Positions 18,697 through 29,309 of a DNA stretch of 64,000 bases are shown here, one piece after another (positions within the stretch are counted from its first letter, which is position 1; the number at the start of each line of letters is the position of its first letter). The translations under genes and the position numbers were made by a program. The DNA is from Bacillota bacterium (GTDB lineage: Bacteria; Bacillota_I; Bacilli_A; RF39; UBA660), in NCBI GenBank assembly GCA_023460995.1, contig JAEWOE010000001.1, forward strand, positions 10,664 through 74,663. The letters are read 5' to 3'. The notes beneath the pieces were generated by a model. The model worked only from the letters and a program-made list of their open reading frames with translations. It did not search any database and was not told where the DNA came from.

Positions 18697-19359
18697 TTAT
18701 ATCTTAATCTTCTTAACAGGATGTCTAATAACTGTTTTTAAATTTTCAGGTTTTGTTTTACGAGGATCACCTAAATATATTTCATGATGTCTTCTACCAT
18801 TTTCAAAGTCATTAGCGTAACCATTTTTTTCAATATATTCATTCATTTTAGCGATGCTTTCTCTTTCTGCATCATATGAACCTATATGCATTATTTGAAC
18901 GCAAATCCCTTCTTCTAATACTTCATATTTAACATTACTATAATCTAATTCAGGTTTTTTCTTTTTTAATTGTTCTAATGCCCAGTTATAGACTTCCTTA
19001 GTAACAAATTCTGATTGTCTTATCATGGAAGTCCAAATAAATTTACTTTTATCCATTATATTTAGTCCATCAAAATAACCTTCTTCACCATCCCAAAAGC
19101 CTTCTAAAGGAGGTACGACATAATCGAAATAGCCTTCAATATTATTATTACCCATCTTACTCATTTTAATTGTATAAGATAGACCGTAGAGAACGTTCAT
19201 AGCATTCTCATACTCTTTTGAAGTATTTGGATCCCCTTTACCATCTACCATAATAAATATCATTTTAGGAACATTTATTATACTAGGGGTGTTTTTAGGC
19301 ATATATAAATCCTTATATTCTTTTTTATAATCTTTCTTTTCCATATTACTTTTTCCCAT
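18697..19359 (-). CDS. GyrI-like small-molecule-binding domain protein
   Basis: YKDLYMPKNTPSIINVPKMIFIMVDGKGDPNTSKEYENAMNVLYGLSYTIKMSKM…GYFDYVVPPLEGFW matches the conserved GyrI-like/Cass2-type family signature. Confidence 0.6.
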   Translation of the reverse strand: MGKSNMEKKDYKKEYKDLYMPKNTPSIINVPKMIFIMVDGKGDPNTSKEYENAMNVLYGLSYTIKMSKMGNNNIEGYFDYVVPPLEGFWDGEEGYFDGLNIMDKSKFIWTSMIRQSEFVTKEVYNWALEQLKKKKPELDYSNVKYEVLEEGICVQIMHIGSYDAERESIAKMNEYIEKNGYANDFENGRRHHEIYLGDPRKTKPENLKTVIRHPVKKIKI

Positions 19360-20281
19360 CTAAAATTATATTTATAACGGCTTCTTTAGTTTCTGTTAAT
19401 ATTGGACTACTAGAAGCGGCTTTATGACCTTTACCACCAAAAGTCATAGCAAAAGCACCAACATCCACTTCCTTTTTTATACATCTATACGATATTGTTC
19501 CTCTGGTTAGTAAAATCATCATAACTAAATCAATATCAGTTTTACTATCCTGCAATTTTAAAGCTACATCATTACGATACTCATCTTCAACAAATGTTAT
19601 CCCAACTTTATATCCATCAATATCTTTTATAACCATATTACTTATAAAAGTATTAACTTTATCAAGTGTTTTCATTTTAAAATTATTTATCAAATCTAAC
19701 TCAACATCTGAAAAAGAAAACTTATCTTGTTTCTCTAGTTTTCTAACAAGATAGTTTATATAAGAGTGGTTTCCTAAAACATTAAATAATGTGTTAAGTT
19801 CATTTGATTTTTCATCACTATAAATTTCTTTCCATTCCCAAGTATCATATCTTCTTGTAAGTTCGACAAATTCATTAATAGCTTGCGATGAATTTAAATA
19901 GTTATTATCAAGTAGATATTTATAAAATAGACTTGTTCCACAACATTTTCCTATTTCATTATCGACAGTAATATTAACCCAATCATATTTATTGTTATTC
20001 TCTTTAATTTCAGTAATATGGTGATCAAATATATAAACTTTATTCTTCAGTTTTGTATCATTATTAATAATAGAGAGTAATGGTTCTTTAATACATATAT
20101 CAGTTACAAAAATATAATCATAAGAATATATTTCACCATTATCATAGTATTTACTAACTTCTTTATTAATTTCAAAAGTTTCACATAGTACATAATTGAC
20201 ATTTTGAAATGCTAATTTACTTAGAATAGCACTACCCATACCATCAATATCTATTTTGTGAGTGAATAATAGAACTTTCAT
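19346..20281 (-). CDS. DHH family phosphoesterase (NrnA-like, DHH + DHHA1)
   Basis: DHH motif (VYIFDHHITE) and C-terminal DHHA1 GGGH motif (GGKGHKAASS). Confidence 0.7.
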   Translation of the reverse strand: MKVLLFTHKIDIDGMGSAILSKLAFQNVNYVLCETFEINKEVSKYYDNGEIYSYDYIFVTDICIKEPLLSIINNDTKLKNKVYIFDHHITEIKENNNKYDWVNITVDNEIGKCCGTSLFYKYLLDNNYLNSSQAINEFVELTRRYDTWEWKEIYSDEKSNELNTLFNVLGNHSYINYLVRKLEKQDKFSFSDVELDLINNFKMKTLDKVNTFISNMVIKDIDGYKVGITFVEDEYRNDVALKLQDSKTDIDLVMMILLTRGTISYRCIKKEVDVGAFAMTFGGKGHKAASSSPILTETKEAVINIILDGKK

Positions 20282-20319
20282 TTTATCATCTCCTACATAT
20301 ATTATAACAAAAAAAGATA

Positions 20320-20982
20320 CTAGTTAGTATCTTTTAATTTGCCTTTTTCAAGTAAGAATAGCTGGTCGACATGTTTTTTTACATTAGGTGAATGTGATAC
20401 GACAATAACGCATTTCTTTTCATTATGAGCAAGATCTTTTAAGATATTTATTATCTCATCTTCATTATCTTTATCTAGATTACCTGTTGGCTCATCGGCA
20501 AGAATAATTTTCGAATCATATGAAAGTGCTCTAGCAATAGAAACTCTTTGTTGTTCACCACCAGATAATTGTAATACTCTTCGTTTTGCTTTATCTGTAT
20601 CTATACCAACTTTTTCAAGTAGTCTAAGGGCTTTATCTTCTTTGTTATCTTCTTTAATACCACTTATATTCATTGATAGAATTACATTTTCTAAGGCTGT
20701 ATATTGTGGTAATAAGTTATAACTTTGAAATATAATTCCAACTGCACTAGAGCGATATCTTTCACGGCTAATAAAATCAACATCTTGTCCTTCATATAAT
20801 ATAGTACCATTCTTTGTTTTTTCTAAACCAGCAAGTAAGGAAAGAAGAGTTGATTTTCCTGCCCCACTTTTTCCATATATACCATACATAATACCGTTTT
20901 CAAAGTTCATGTTTATATCTTTTAAAACGAATCTTTCTCCATCATATGTAAAATTCAAATCTTTTATTTCTAGTATTGCCAT
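20320..20982 (-). CDS. ABC transporter ATP-binding protein (MacB-type)
   Basis: GKSGAGKSTLLSLLAGLE Walker A, LSGGEQQRVSIARAL, ILADEPTGNLD. Paralogue of 1192..1869. Confidence 0.85.
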   Translation of the reverse strand: MAILEIKDLNFTYDGERFVLKDINMNFENGIMYGIYGKSGAGKSTLLSLLAGLEKTKNGTILYEGQDVDFISRERYRSSAVGIIFQSYNLLPQYTALENVILSMNISGIKEDNKEDKALRLLEKVGIDTDKAKRRVLQLSGGEQQRVSIARALSYDSKIILADEPTGNLDKDNEDEIINILKDLAHNEKKCVIVVSHSPNVKKHVDQLFLLEKGKLKDTN

Positions 20983-20987
20983 TTCTT

Positions 20988-22523
20988 CTACCCCCTATTT
21001 TGCAGTATCTTATTTGGTTCATATTTATTTACAAACATAACAGCTGTTATACCACTTATTATTGTAAGAAGTAAACTTACTCCAAATAACTGTGCTATTG
21101 TGATTAAATCTGTGTGAACTTCAAGTGATGATACATAATCATCAGCGCTTATAGTTGTAGGAGCGCTAGCCTCTGGTCTTGAAGAATTTTCGCTTGAATT
21201 TGAAGAATTAGGTCCACCATTAAATCCAGGTCTTGAGAATCCTTCTCCCCCAAAGTTTTCATTTATATTACTTTGACTTGTAGTATAACTTTCTATTTCA
21301 CTTGAAAGCATATAATTACTTACTGGTTGTGATAAAACAGTTCCTGCTGTTGTACCAACTACTAGAGCAATTAAAGCCACCATAAATATTTCAGAAACAA
21401 GCTGCAAAGTTACTTTGCTTTTAGTCATACCAATTGCTCTTAAAACACCAATCTCATACTTTCTTTCTCTAATATTAAATAGGTTAATGATTGTAAGAAC
21501 AATACCTCCTACTACTAATATAACAATTAAGAATGTAAATGAAAAACTAGCAATGCTTTTAATTGGTTCTAAAGTGGCAGTTATTTCATCTTCATTAGTT
21601 CTAATATTATAGTAATCACTAACACCTAAATCTCTAACAGCATCAGTAAATTTATCTAAATCTTCATAAGCTATATAAAAATTAGATGTAATACTATTAG
21701 ACATTGAATATGAAGTTGTTTCAGTACCATCATCTTTTACTATTTGATTTAATACAGATATATTAGTATAAATTTGATTACTACTACTTCCTTGCATTCT
21801 GCCTGGCATAGAACTAGTAGTATCATTAACTATTTCATATATTCCTACTATTTCATAGTTATAAGTAATTGCTTCATCATTAGTATTTATAAAATTTACT
21901 GTATCTCCAACTTTTAAATCATTTTCTTCAGCAAGTTCTTCGCTAATAACGATTACATTTTCAGTATTACTTTTGTCTATCATTGAACCATCAATAATTT
22001 TCTTATTTCCATCAACAAAATCTTCGTCATAAGATATATCAGAATAAGCAATTATAGTATAGTCTCCTGATGAAAAAGACATTCTTCCTCCACCGTCATT
22101 AGGTACTTGTCTATTAGTAGAATTAGTACTATTTGTACTTGAATCCTCACTCTCACTTGGTTTAGTAAATAAATCATCATAACTAATAGGCTCAATATCA
22201 TCACTGTTTAGACTACTTTGAACTGTGTAATAATAACCAGTTACCATATCTAGATTTCCTATTTCATTAATAGTATCAACAGTAAGTAACTCAAAAGTTT
22301 CTTTTTCTTCATCTGTTGCATTTCTATATGACATAGTATCTAGATTTAGGGATGCTTCTAGTGGATTAGTTTCTCTGTAAGTGTCTACTAAAGCATTACC
22401 AGACTTATTAATAGTAATAGTTATACATGCACCAAGAGTAATAGCCATAATAATTAATCCTATTAATACATTTCTTCCTTTTGCTCTAGTAATATTTAAA
22501 TAAGAATTTTTAAATATATACAT
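20988..22523 (-). CDS. ABC transporter permease, FtsX/MacB family with large extracytoplasmic domain
   Basis: N-terminal TM, about 300-aa Ser/Thr-rich external domain, C-terminal FtsX helices (FNIRERKYEIGVLRAIGMTKSK). Confidence 0.8.
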   Translation of the reverse strand: MYIFKNSYLNITRAKGRNVLIGLIIMAITLGACITITINKSGNALVDTYRETNPLEASLNLDTMSYRNATDEEKETFELLTVDTINEIGNLDMVTGYYYTVQSSLNSDDIEPISYDDLFTKPSESEDSSTNSTNSTNRQVPNDGGGRMSFSSGDYTIIAYSDISYDEDFVDGNKKIIDGSMIDKSNTENVIVISEELAEENDLKVGDTVNFINTNDEAITYNYEIVGIYEIVNDTTSSMPGRMQGSSSNQIYTNISVLNQIVKDDGTETTSYSMSNSITSNFYIAYEDLDKFTDAVRDLGVSDYYNIRTNEDEITATLEPIKSIASFSFTFLIVILVVGGIVLTIINLFNIRERKYEIGVLRAIGMTKSKVTLQLVSEIFMVALIALVVGTTAGTVLSQPVSNYMLSSEIESYTTSQSNINENFGGEGFSRPGFNGGPNSSNSSENSSRPEASAPTTISADDYVSSLEVHTDLITIAQLFGVSLLLTIISGITAVMFVNKYEPNKILQNRG

Positions 22524-22612
22524 ATTGTATCTCCTTTCATATTAATAATATAAATATTGTGTGAAAATAAAATGGAGGATAAATGTTATTTTAGTGAAGA
22601 AAAAAAGGATGA

Positions 22613-22861
22613 CTAAATCATCCTTTTTAATAAGTATATCCATATACATAAAAATATAGGCTCTAATAGTGCAAATTTAAGTTTTTTTGTCTTATGTCTA
22701 AATATATACATCCCTATAATAAAACCTAAACAACCACCTATAAATGATAAAAATAGCAGGATATTCTCTGGTACTCTATATTTGTGTTTAATAGCCATAA
22801 GTTTATCATAACCACATATAATAAAAGCTATAAAATTAATAGTTATTATATAATATATCAT
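22613..22861 (-). CDS. DUF1294-like small membrane protein
   Basis: FIICGYDKLMAIKHKYRVPENILLFLSFIGGCLGFIIGMYIFRHKTKKLKF matches the DUF1294 signature as I recall it. Confidence 0.45.
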   Translation of the reverse strand: MIYYIITINFIAFIICGYDKLMAIKHKYRVPENILLFLSFIGGCLGFIIGMYIFRHKTKKLKFALLEPIFLCIWIYLLKRMI

Positions 22862-24327
22862 TTGTTACTTTTATTAACTTCAAACCAGAAAGTAGTACCT
22901 TTATTAATTATAGAATCTACACCATATTTTAATTTATGGTTAATTAGTATATTTTCTACTATAGATAGACCTATACCAGTACCAATTTTATCTCGCTTAT
23001 GAGTTTTATCAACCTTGTAATACTTCTTCCAAATAAGTTTAATTTCTTCTTTTTTAATTCCTTTACCAGTATCTATTATTTCAATTCTAGCACTACTATT
23101 ATCATCATCAATAATGTTTATAGTAACTTTTTTATCACTACCAGTATAATTTACCGCATTATTAAGTAAATTATATACAACTTGCTCAATACGAAGTTGA
23201 TCAGCACTTATTAATAATTCTTTATTATAATTAAATATAAAAGTATACTGACTATTTTGTTCAAGAATGCGATATCTTCTAAGAACATTCTTGATTAAAT
23301 CTGTGATATCGAAAGTAGTAATATTTAAACTCTTTGTTTTAGACTGAAGTACAGACAAATCTAAAATATCATTAACAAGAACATTTAAACGATCAGTTTC
23401 TTCAATAATTACGTTTAAGTTTTCTTCTCGCTTTTTTTTGTCCTTATATGTTAAATCACGAACCATTTCCGCATAAGCTTTTATCATTGTAAGAGGTGTT
23501 TTTAAATCATGACTAACATTAGCCATAAGTTCTCTTCTAAGTTCTTCTGTTTTACTAAGTTCTTTTGTCGTTATGTTTAAAGTATTAACTAAGTTATTTA
23601 ATTCATCTATATCTTCATCTATATAAAATCTTGTGTCATAATCGCCTTTACTCATTTTAGTCGCACTTCTATTAATTTTTTCTATAGGTTTACTTATTCT
23701 TTTAGAAATAAAGAAAGCTACTATAAATGAAAGAAGTAAAACTACAAAAGTAACTATAACAAGTTGATGCTGAAGTATCCCTATTGCTGAATCAAGTGGT
23801 TCTAAAGAAGTACTCACAAAGGCATATGTATTAGTATTTAGTTTAATTGCTCTTATTAATACTTCATTATCATACCTTGGATTAATAAGTTTATATGTTT
23901 CTTCATCAAGTAAACTATTTATAAATGCTTGCTTATAATCTTTTACAGTTTGATCAGGAAGACAACCTCTATTAAAAGAAGTTGAATCATATACAATCGC
24001 ATTATTAGTAATTATTTGGATGCATATACCATTATCTCTCGCTACTGCATCAATAGTATTATACAAAGTGTTATTTTCATAGGTTGATTTTATTGTAGTA
24101 ATTGTACTTCCTATCTCTTTTACTTTAGCTCTTTCATAAAAACTATTTAGGAATAATATTTGGAATATCCAAAGAAAAAGTAAAATCAAAATAGAAAAGA
24201 TTATTAAATATGACCATATTTTAAATTTTAAACTATTTGTTTTTACTTTTTTTATTCTATTAAAGATATCTATAATACTATCTTTAATATTATTTATTTT
24301 TAACTTCAAATTTGTATCCCATACCAC
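22858..24327 (-). CDS. two-component sensor histidine kinase (TM-HAMP-HisKA-HATPase)
   Basis: H-box HDLKTPLTMIKAYAEMV, N/G boxes (IIDTGKGI, GTGIGLSIV), two TM helices flanking an extracellular loop. Track start is a GTG overlapping the response-regulator gene by 38 nt; the true start is uncertain. Confidence 0.8.
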   Translation of the reverse strand: MVWDTNLKLKINNIKDSIIDIFNRIKKVKTNSLKFKIWSYLIIFSILILLFLWIFQILFLNSFYERAKVKEIGSTITTIKSTYENNTLYNTIDAVARDNGICIQIITNNAIVYDSTSFNRGCLPDQTVKDYKQAFINSLLDEETYKLINPRYDNEVLIRAIKLNTNTYAFVSTSLEPLDSAIGILQHQLVIVTFVVLLLSFIVAFFISKRISKPIEKINRSATKMSKGDYDTRFYIDEDIDELNNLVNTLNITTKELSKTEELRRELMANVSHDLKTPLTMIKAYAEMVRDLTYKDKKKREENLNVIIEETDRLNVLVNDILDLSVLQSKTKSLNITTFDITDLIKNVLRRYRILEQNSQYTFIFNYNKELLISADQLRIEQVVYNLLNNAVNYTGSDKKVTINIIDDDNSSARIEIIDTGKGIKKEEIKLIWKKYYKVDKTHKRDKIGTGIGLSIVENILINHKLKYGVDSIINKGTTFWFEVNKSNK

Positions 24328-24952
24328 GAACAGTAGTTATTAAGTCTCTATATTTTCCTAAATTATTTCTTAATTTTTTAATATGTGTGTCAACAGTACG
24401 ATCATCACCAAAGAAACTATACCCCCATAATTTACTTAAAATGGTTTCACGCGATACCGCAATATTTTTATTTTGAACTAAATAGCATAATATTTCGTAT
24501 TCTTTCGGTGTTAATTTTAATTCTTCATCATCAACACTAACAGTATGTCCAGCATAATTAATAACAAGTGTTTCAAATTTAAACTCATCTGATACGGCAT
24601 TTCTTTTACTTACCGCTTTTATTCTAGCCATTAATTCTTTTGGACTAAATGGTTTAGTCATATAATCATCTATTCCAAGTTCAAATCCAACTAACTTATC
24701 ATATTCTTCTTTTCTAGCTGATAAAATGATTACTGGAATACTTTTAATCTTTTTAATTTCTTTACAAGCTGAAAATCCATCTAAATTAGGCATCATAACA
24801 TCTAATACCACTAAATCTATATTATTATTTCTAACCATTTCTATAGCTTCTAAGCCATCACTAGCCTCAAAAATATGATATCCTTCGCTTGCTGAATATT
24901 CTTTTATAACATTTCTTATTAATGTTTCATCATCAACTATTAATATGTTCAT
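24290..24952 (-). CDS. OmpR-family response regulator
   Basis: MNILIVDDETLIRNVIKEY…DVMMPNLDG receiver, C-terminal winged-helix (TVRGMGYKF). Confidence 0.85.
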   Translation of the reverse strand: MNILIVDDETLIRNVIKEYSASEGYHIFEASDGLEAIEMVRNNNIDLVVLDVMMPNLDGFSACKEIKKIKSIPVIILSARKEEYDKLVGFELGIDDYMTKPFSPKELMARIKAVSKRNAVSDEFKFETLVINYAGHTVSVDDEELKLTPKEYEILCYLVQNKNIAVSRETILSKLWGYSFFGDDRTVDTHIKKLRNNLGKYRDLITTVRGMGYKFEVKNK

Positions 24953-25016
24953 CTATATCACCTACTAATTCCTTTTTCCGGTATATTATTACATATATTT
25001 GTGTCTTTGCTGTGAA

Positions 25017-27074
25017 TTATTTATTATAATATGAAGTAATCGTTTCACTAACACTTTTCATAAAATCTTCTTTATATTTATCAATAAAATCTAAATCAGT
25101 TTGACTAGTTATATATCCTAATTCTAAAATATAACTTTCTAGACCTCGATTAGAATTTACATATGGATTAGCATCTTCATCATCTCTACCATCAACATAT
25201 GCTCCTGCCATATATCCACCAGTTTCTCTTATAATAAAATAATAATTTGTACTTAAACTTACATCAAATGGTTCAAAGTCTTTCTCATCAGCTTCTTTAG
25301 CAAGATTGTTTAAATCTGTTCCATTAAATGTTCTAGTATAAATACCTGATTCAACTTTCTTAAATGGATTATATGAATAAGTAAACTCACTTACTTTATC
25401 AAGTCCTGAAACTAAACTTCTTGCAAATTCATAATCTATATTATTAGAAGTATATAATTCAAAACCATTTTGAACTACATCACTAGCGTTTAAATGAATA
25501 GAGATTAACATTTTAGCATTACTTTCATAAGCTTTTGTTACTCGTCCGTCTTTACCATATTTATCTATCCACTCATCTTTTGCCCTTGTTAAGGCTACTT
25601 TAAAACCAGCATCTTCTAAATCTTCTTTTAATAAATTAGATAGTGCTAATGTATAATCAGTTTCACACTTTTTATTATAACAAGCGCCTGCATCTGAACC
25701 ACCATGACCTGGGTCGATAATAACATCATAAACTTCATCAGTCGATTTACTAATATTAACGGCCATACTATGATATTTTGATTCATCTTTAATAATAAAC
25801 TTTTTACTTACATTATCATCAGATATACCATAATATGTTGTATCATCATAATCGGTAGTGTTATCTAAAGCATAATATAAACTTTCTTTATCAGCAACAA
25901 CCTTAATAAGTAAAATATAATTATCTATTATCATATTGTCTAATAAAAAGCCTGTATTTAAAGAGTCAGTTATATAAAAATTTACCTTGTTGTTATCAAC
26001 AGTGTATTTCAAATCATATTCTACATTATTGTCTCTACCTATCATAACAAGATTAACATCACTAACGTTATCAGCATCTACATCTAAATTGCCTTTTAAA
26101 TTCATATGGTTTCCATAAATATATAATTCATTAATTGTTGCTTTGTTATCTTCTGTTGGAATTAACACTTCATTATGTTTAGGAAAAACCCTTAATAACA
26201 GATATCCTCCTAATGCAAGTATTGCTATTAGTAAGACAATTTTAATAATACTTAGTAGTGCTTTGAAAAAAGCAAATTTTTTAGTATCTCTTTTTTTTAT
26301 ATCATGAAATTTAAACATGTCTGGGTCTTTATCTTTTTTCTTTTCTTTAATTATTGTTTTGTTATAAGAATTATTATATAGATTAGCAATATCATTTCTT
26401 ATTTCTTCTTTTTTAGGTTCTTCTATTTTAGAAGATAAATCCTTTTCAAGTTTTAACAATTCTCTTTTTTCTTTTGCAAATTTCGAATATTTACAACCAC
26501 AGTAATCTTGACGATATAAGTCATATTCCTTTGCAAGTTCAACACTTCTTTTATAACCATTTTTCTTCTTGAAATCAGCATATAGATATTTAGTGCCAAA
26601 TTCTTTTTCTAATTCTTCACCAATTTCATTTAATTTATTACTATTTTTATAAGGGCTAACCGATAAAGTAGTTGTAAAATAATCAAAATCGTGTTCTTTT
26701 GCATATTTAGCAGCAGCTTCCATACGAAGTCTATAACAAATAAAACATCTATTACTTCCTTCAGCATCATTTTCGTGTCCTTTTATTATACTTTCAAATT
26801 CTGTATTATCATAATGTTCTATAACACAATTAACTGGATTTTTTGTTTTAAAAGTGCTAAGAAACTTTTTCATTTCATTAGCTCTTCTATCAAATTCTTC
26901 ATATGGTTCTATGTTAGGATTGTAGTAATATATTGTAATTTCAAAGTAATTAGCTAGGTATTCTATACAGTAACTAGAACATGGTGCGCAGCAAGCATGT
27001 AGTAGTAACTTAGGAGTATCTTCTTTCTCAGATACTTTTTCTAGCATTTCATCTAGTCTTTTTTGATAATTCAT
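25017..27074 (-). CDS. fusion protein: epoxyqueuosine reductase QueH domain (N-terminal) - TM segment - N-acetylmuramoyl-L-alanine amidase (Amidase_3) domain (C-terminal)
   Basis: N-terminal LLLHACCAPCSSYCIEYL…SVSPYKNSNKLNEIG…YRQDYCGCKYS (DUF208/QueH Cys motifs). Linker with TM FAFFKALLSIIKIVLLIAILALGGYLLL. C-terminal DVIIDPGHGGSDAGA…LSIHLNAS typical of the MurNAc-LAA amidase_3 family. Single uninterrupted 685-aa ORF. Confidence 0.55.
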   Translation of the reverse strand: MNYQKRLDEMLEKVSEKEDTPKLLLHACCAPCSSYCIEYLANYFEITIYYYNPNIEPYEEFDRRANEMKKFLSTFKTKNPVNCVIEHYDNTEFESIIKGHENDAEGSNRCFICYRLRMEAAAKYAKEHDFDYFTTTLSVSPYKNSNKLNEIGEELEKEFGTKYLYADFKKKNGYKRSVELAKEYDLYRQDYCGCKYSKFAKEKRELLKLEKDLSSKIEEPKKEEIRNDIANLYNNSYNKTIIKEKKKDKDPDMFKFHDIKKRDTKKFAFFKALLSIIKIVLLIAILALGGYLLLRVFPKHNEVLIPTEDNKATINELYIYGNHMNLKGNLDVDADNVSDVNLVMIGRDNNVEYDLKYTVDNNKVNFYITDSLNTGFLLDNMIIDNYILLIKVVADKESLYYALDNTTDYDDTTYYGISDDNVSKKFIIKDESKYHSMAVNISKSTDEVYDVIIDPGHGGSDAGACYNKKCETDYTLALSNLLKEDLEDAGFKVALTRAKDEWIDKYGKDGRVTKAYESNAKMLISIHLNASDVVQNGFELYTSNNIDYEFARSLVSGLDKVSEFTYSYNPFKKVESGIYTRTFNGTDLNNLAKEADEKDFEPFDVSLSTNYYFIIRETGGYMAGAYVDGRDDEDANPYVNSNRGLESYILELGYITSQTDLDFIDKYKEDFMKSVSETITSYYNK

Positions 27075-27101
27075 GTTAATCCCCTTTCAAAAAAGAAAAA
27101 A

Positions 27102-28025
27102 TTACTTGTTTATAAATAATTTTTTTATATTCTTTCTAGGCATAAGAATACTAAAATCTTTAACTATCTCTATTTTATAAGTAGTAGTTTCATCATCTAA
27201 TCTTTCTCCATCAATGCACCAAGCATTTTCAGGCACCTCATTAAATTTAATTTCAAGTTCATTAAGTCTGTAAAATTCAAAACCTTTGGCTTCAGTTATA
27301 TTAGATGTAGCTATCATGTATAAAGATTTAACTATATCAGCTTTCTTTGTCAAGTTGCAAAGAATTACTTCAAACTGATCATCATCAAGTTTAACATCTT
27401 TATAAAAGTTATTTATACCCGCTATTCTATTAGCATTAGAAATAAGCATAAAAGAATATTGCCCACTATAAACCTTATCACCTATTTTATAAGTTAAGTC
27501 ATATAATTCGGTTGGGTTAACAAAACTTTTTAAACCCTCTATAATATACGCAAAATGACCATACCTACTTTTTAAATTACGTGGAGTTTCATAAGGAACA
27601 TTCATAAACTTACCAAAACCGGCTACATAAACAAATGGTCTCTTGTTGATAGTACAAATATCAATTTTTTTTACAGTTCCTTCTAAAACTAACTTAAAGT
27701 TTTCTAAAACGTCACTACCATACCCAAACATAGCTCCAATATCATTAGTAGTACCAAGTGGGATATGGGCAAGAAGTAATGGTTCTTTTCTTTTTAAATT
27801 ACCAGTAACTACTTCATTAAATGTACCATCTCCACCAACAGAAACAACTAAATCTACATTACTATCAAGGTATCTTATTATTTCAGTAGCGTGCTTAGAA
27901 CGCGCTGTAAAATATATAACCGTTTCATAATCATGTTTTTTTAATAATTCTTGATAATCTAATATATAATCTTCGGATAAATCCTTACCACTATTAGGAT
28001 TAATAATTAATACACACTTTTTCAA
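27102..28025 (-). CDS. dagK: diacylglycerol kinase family lipid kinase (DagK/YegS-like)
   Basis: MKKCVLIINPNSGKD…VVSVGGDGTFNEVVTG (DAGK_cat motif). Confidence 0.75.
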   Translation of the reverse strand: MKKCVLIINPNSGKDLSEDYILDYQELLKKHDYETVIYFTARSKHATEIIRYLDSNVDLVVSVGGDGTFNEVVTGNLKRKEPLLLAHIPLGTTNDIGAMFGYGSDVLENFKLVLEGTVKKIDICTINKRPFVYVAGFGKFMNVPYETPRNLKSRYGHFAYIIEGLKSFVNPTELYDLTYKIGDKVYSGQYSFMLISNANRIAGINNFYKDVKLDDDQFEVILCNLTKKADIVKSLYMIATSNITEAKGFEFYRLNELEIKFNEVPENAWCIDGERLDDETTTYKIEIVKDFSILMPRKNIKKLFINK

Positions 28026-28106
28026 GATTCCACCCTCTTTAATTTCTAAAAGTATTATATCATATATTTGAAAAAAAGTGGTGATTTTGTCATGAAAAAA
28101 AGCAGA

Positions 28107-29171
28107 CTAAGCTGCTTTTATAACTTTTGTAAGTTCATGATTATTTTCTTGAATAAAATCTGTATTTTCACTAACAACCTTGTTTTGAATACCAATTAAT
28201 CTTTCAATTTCTAGTTTCTTTTTATTAATGCAATCAATAATCTTTTGTTCTGTTCTAATACCATTTAAATCATAATTTTCACATATTGATTTACTTTTTT
28301 TATTAACAATTGCGCCACCATCATAGTCAATTCCAGCTAAATCAAGTTTTCTATCAAGCCATTCAAAAGTTTCGTTTCTTATACCAAATCTTTTTAAAAT
28401 TTCATATTCTTCAGATAACTTTAAATCCATTGGAAACATACCAATTTGCTCACAATATAATATTTCTTGAAGTCTGTATACAATTTCACCAATATCAGAA
28501 AGTACATTTTTACTTTCTCTATGACTAATCTTAATATTATCTTTATTAATATTTCTAGCACAACGATTTAAATAATTATTATAATCATCTTCAGAGAAGA
28601 AAGCTATTCCTGGGTCATTCCAATTTTTCTTTTTCTCTTTTAAATCAATAGTTTTATCATAAATAAAACTATTTGGTATTTTAAAAATATGGTTAGATAG
28701 TTTAGTTAACATAGTACCATCTATAATACATTTATTACTATCTTCAGGTAAAAATGTTTCTTTCAAAATTCTATATAATACTGATGGATAAACAACTTCT
28801 AATTTTAATTTGCCTTTTTTTATTCCATCAATAGGCATAAACATCATTTTCTCTTCATCTGATAAGAACTCCCATTCTTTTGCAGTTCCACCTAATGATT
28901 TAAAGTATTCTTCACTTTCTTTTTCTTTTTTAGTTTCATGTAGGCCATTTTCTATTACAGTACATATATCACTCATAGAATCATACTTGCCATAACTAAG
29001 AGGTCTTAATCCTAAAAAAGTTGTTTCTATAATATCATTTTCTGTTTTTGTATATCTTTCATTTAATTGGTCTAAAAATTTACATAGTTTTTGGTCATCA
29101 AAAGAAATATTATATAATACGATATTATTATCTTTTTTAATACTTAATAACTTATTAACTATCATTTTCAA
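28107..29171 (-). CDS. hypothetical protein (354 aa, soluble, no recognisable domain)
   Basis: Long ORF with strong RBS GGGAGG 8 nt before the ATG. Coding-like composition. No motif recognised. Confidence 0.5.
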   Translation of the reverse strand: MKMIVNKLLSIKKDNNIVLYNISFDDQKLCKFLDQLNERYTKTENDIIETTFLGLRPLSYGKYDSMSDICTVIENGLHETKKEKESEEYFKSLGGTAKEWEFLSDEEKMMFMPIDGIKKGKLKLEVVYPSVLYRILKETFLPEDSNKCIIDGTMLTKLSNHIFKIPNSFIYDKTIDLKEKKKNWNDPGIAFFSEDDYNNYLNRCARNINKDNIKISHRESKNVLSDIGEIVYRLQEILYCEQIGMFPMDLKLSEEYEILKRFGIRNETFEWLDRKLDLAGIDYDGGAIVNKKSKSICENYDLNGIRTEQKIIDCINKKKLEIERLIGIQNKVVSENTDFIQENNHELTKVIKAA

Positions 29172-29309
29172 AACCTCCCTACAAATTTAGATTACATTAT
29201 TATAGCATAACTTAGTAATTTTGCAAGTTCATATAGGGATTTATACTATATTACCTTATATTTATTACTTATAGCCCCTATAATAAATAGAACGGGAGGA
29301 ATATCATAT

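Noticed and set aside
24290-24327. 38-nt overlap between the response-regulator stop and the histidine-kinase start
   Set aside because: Probably an ORF-caller artefact from a GTG start at 24327. No ATG with RBS exists before the first TM helix, so the true HK start (possibly TTG at 24309) cannot be fixed by eye.
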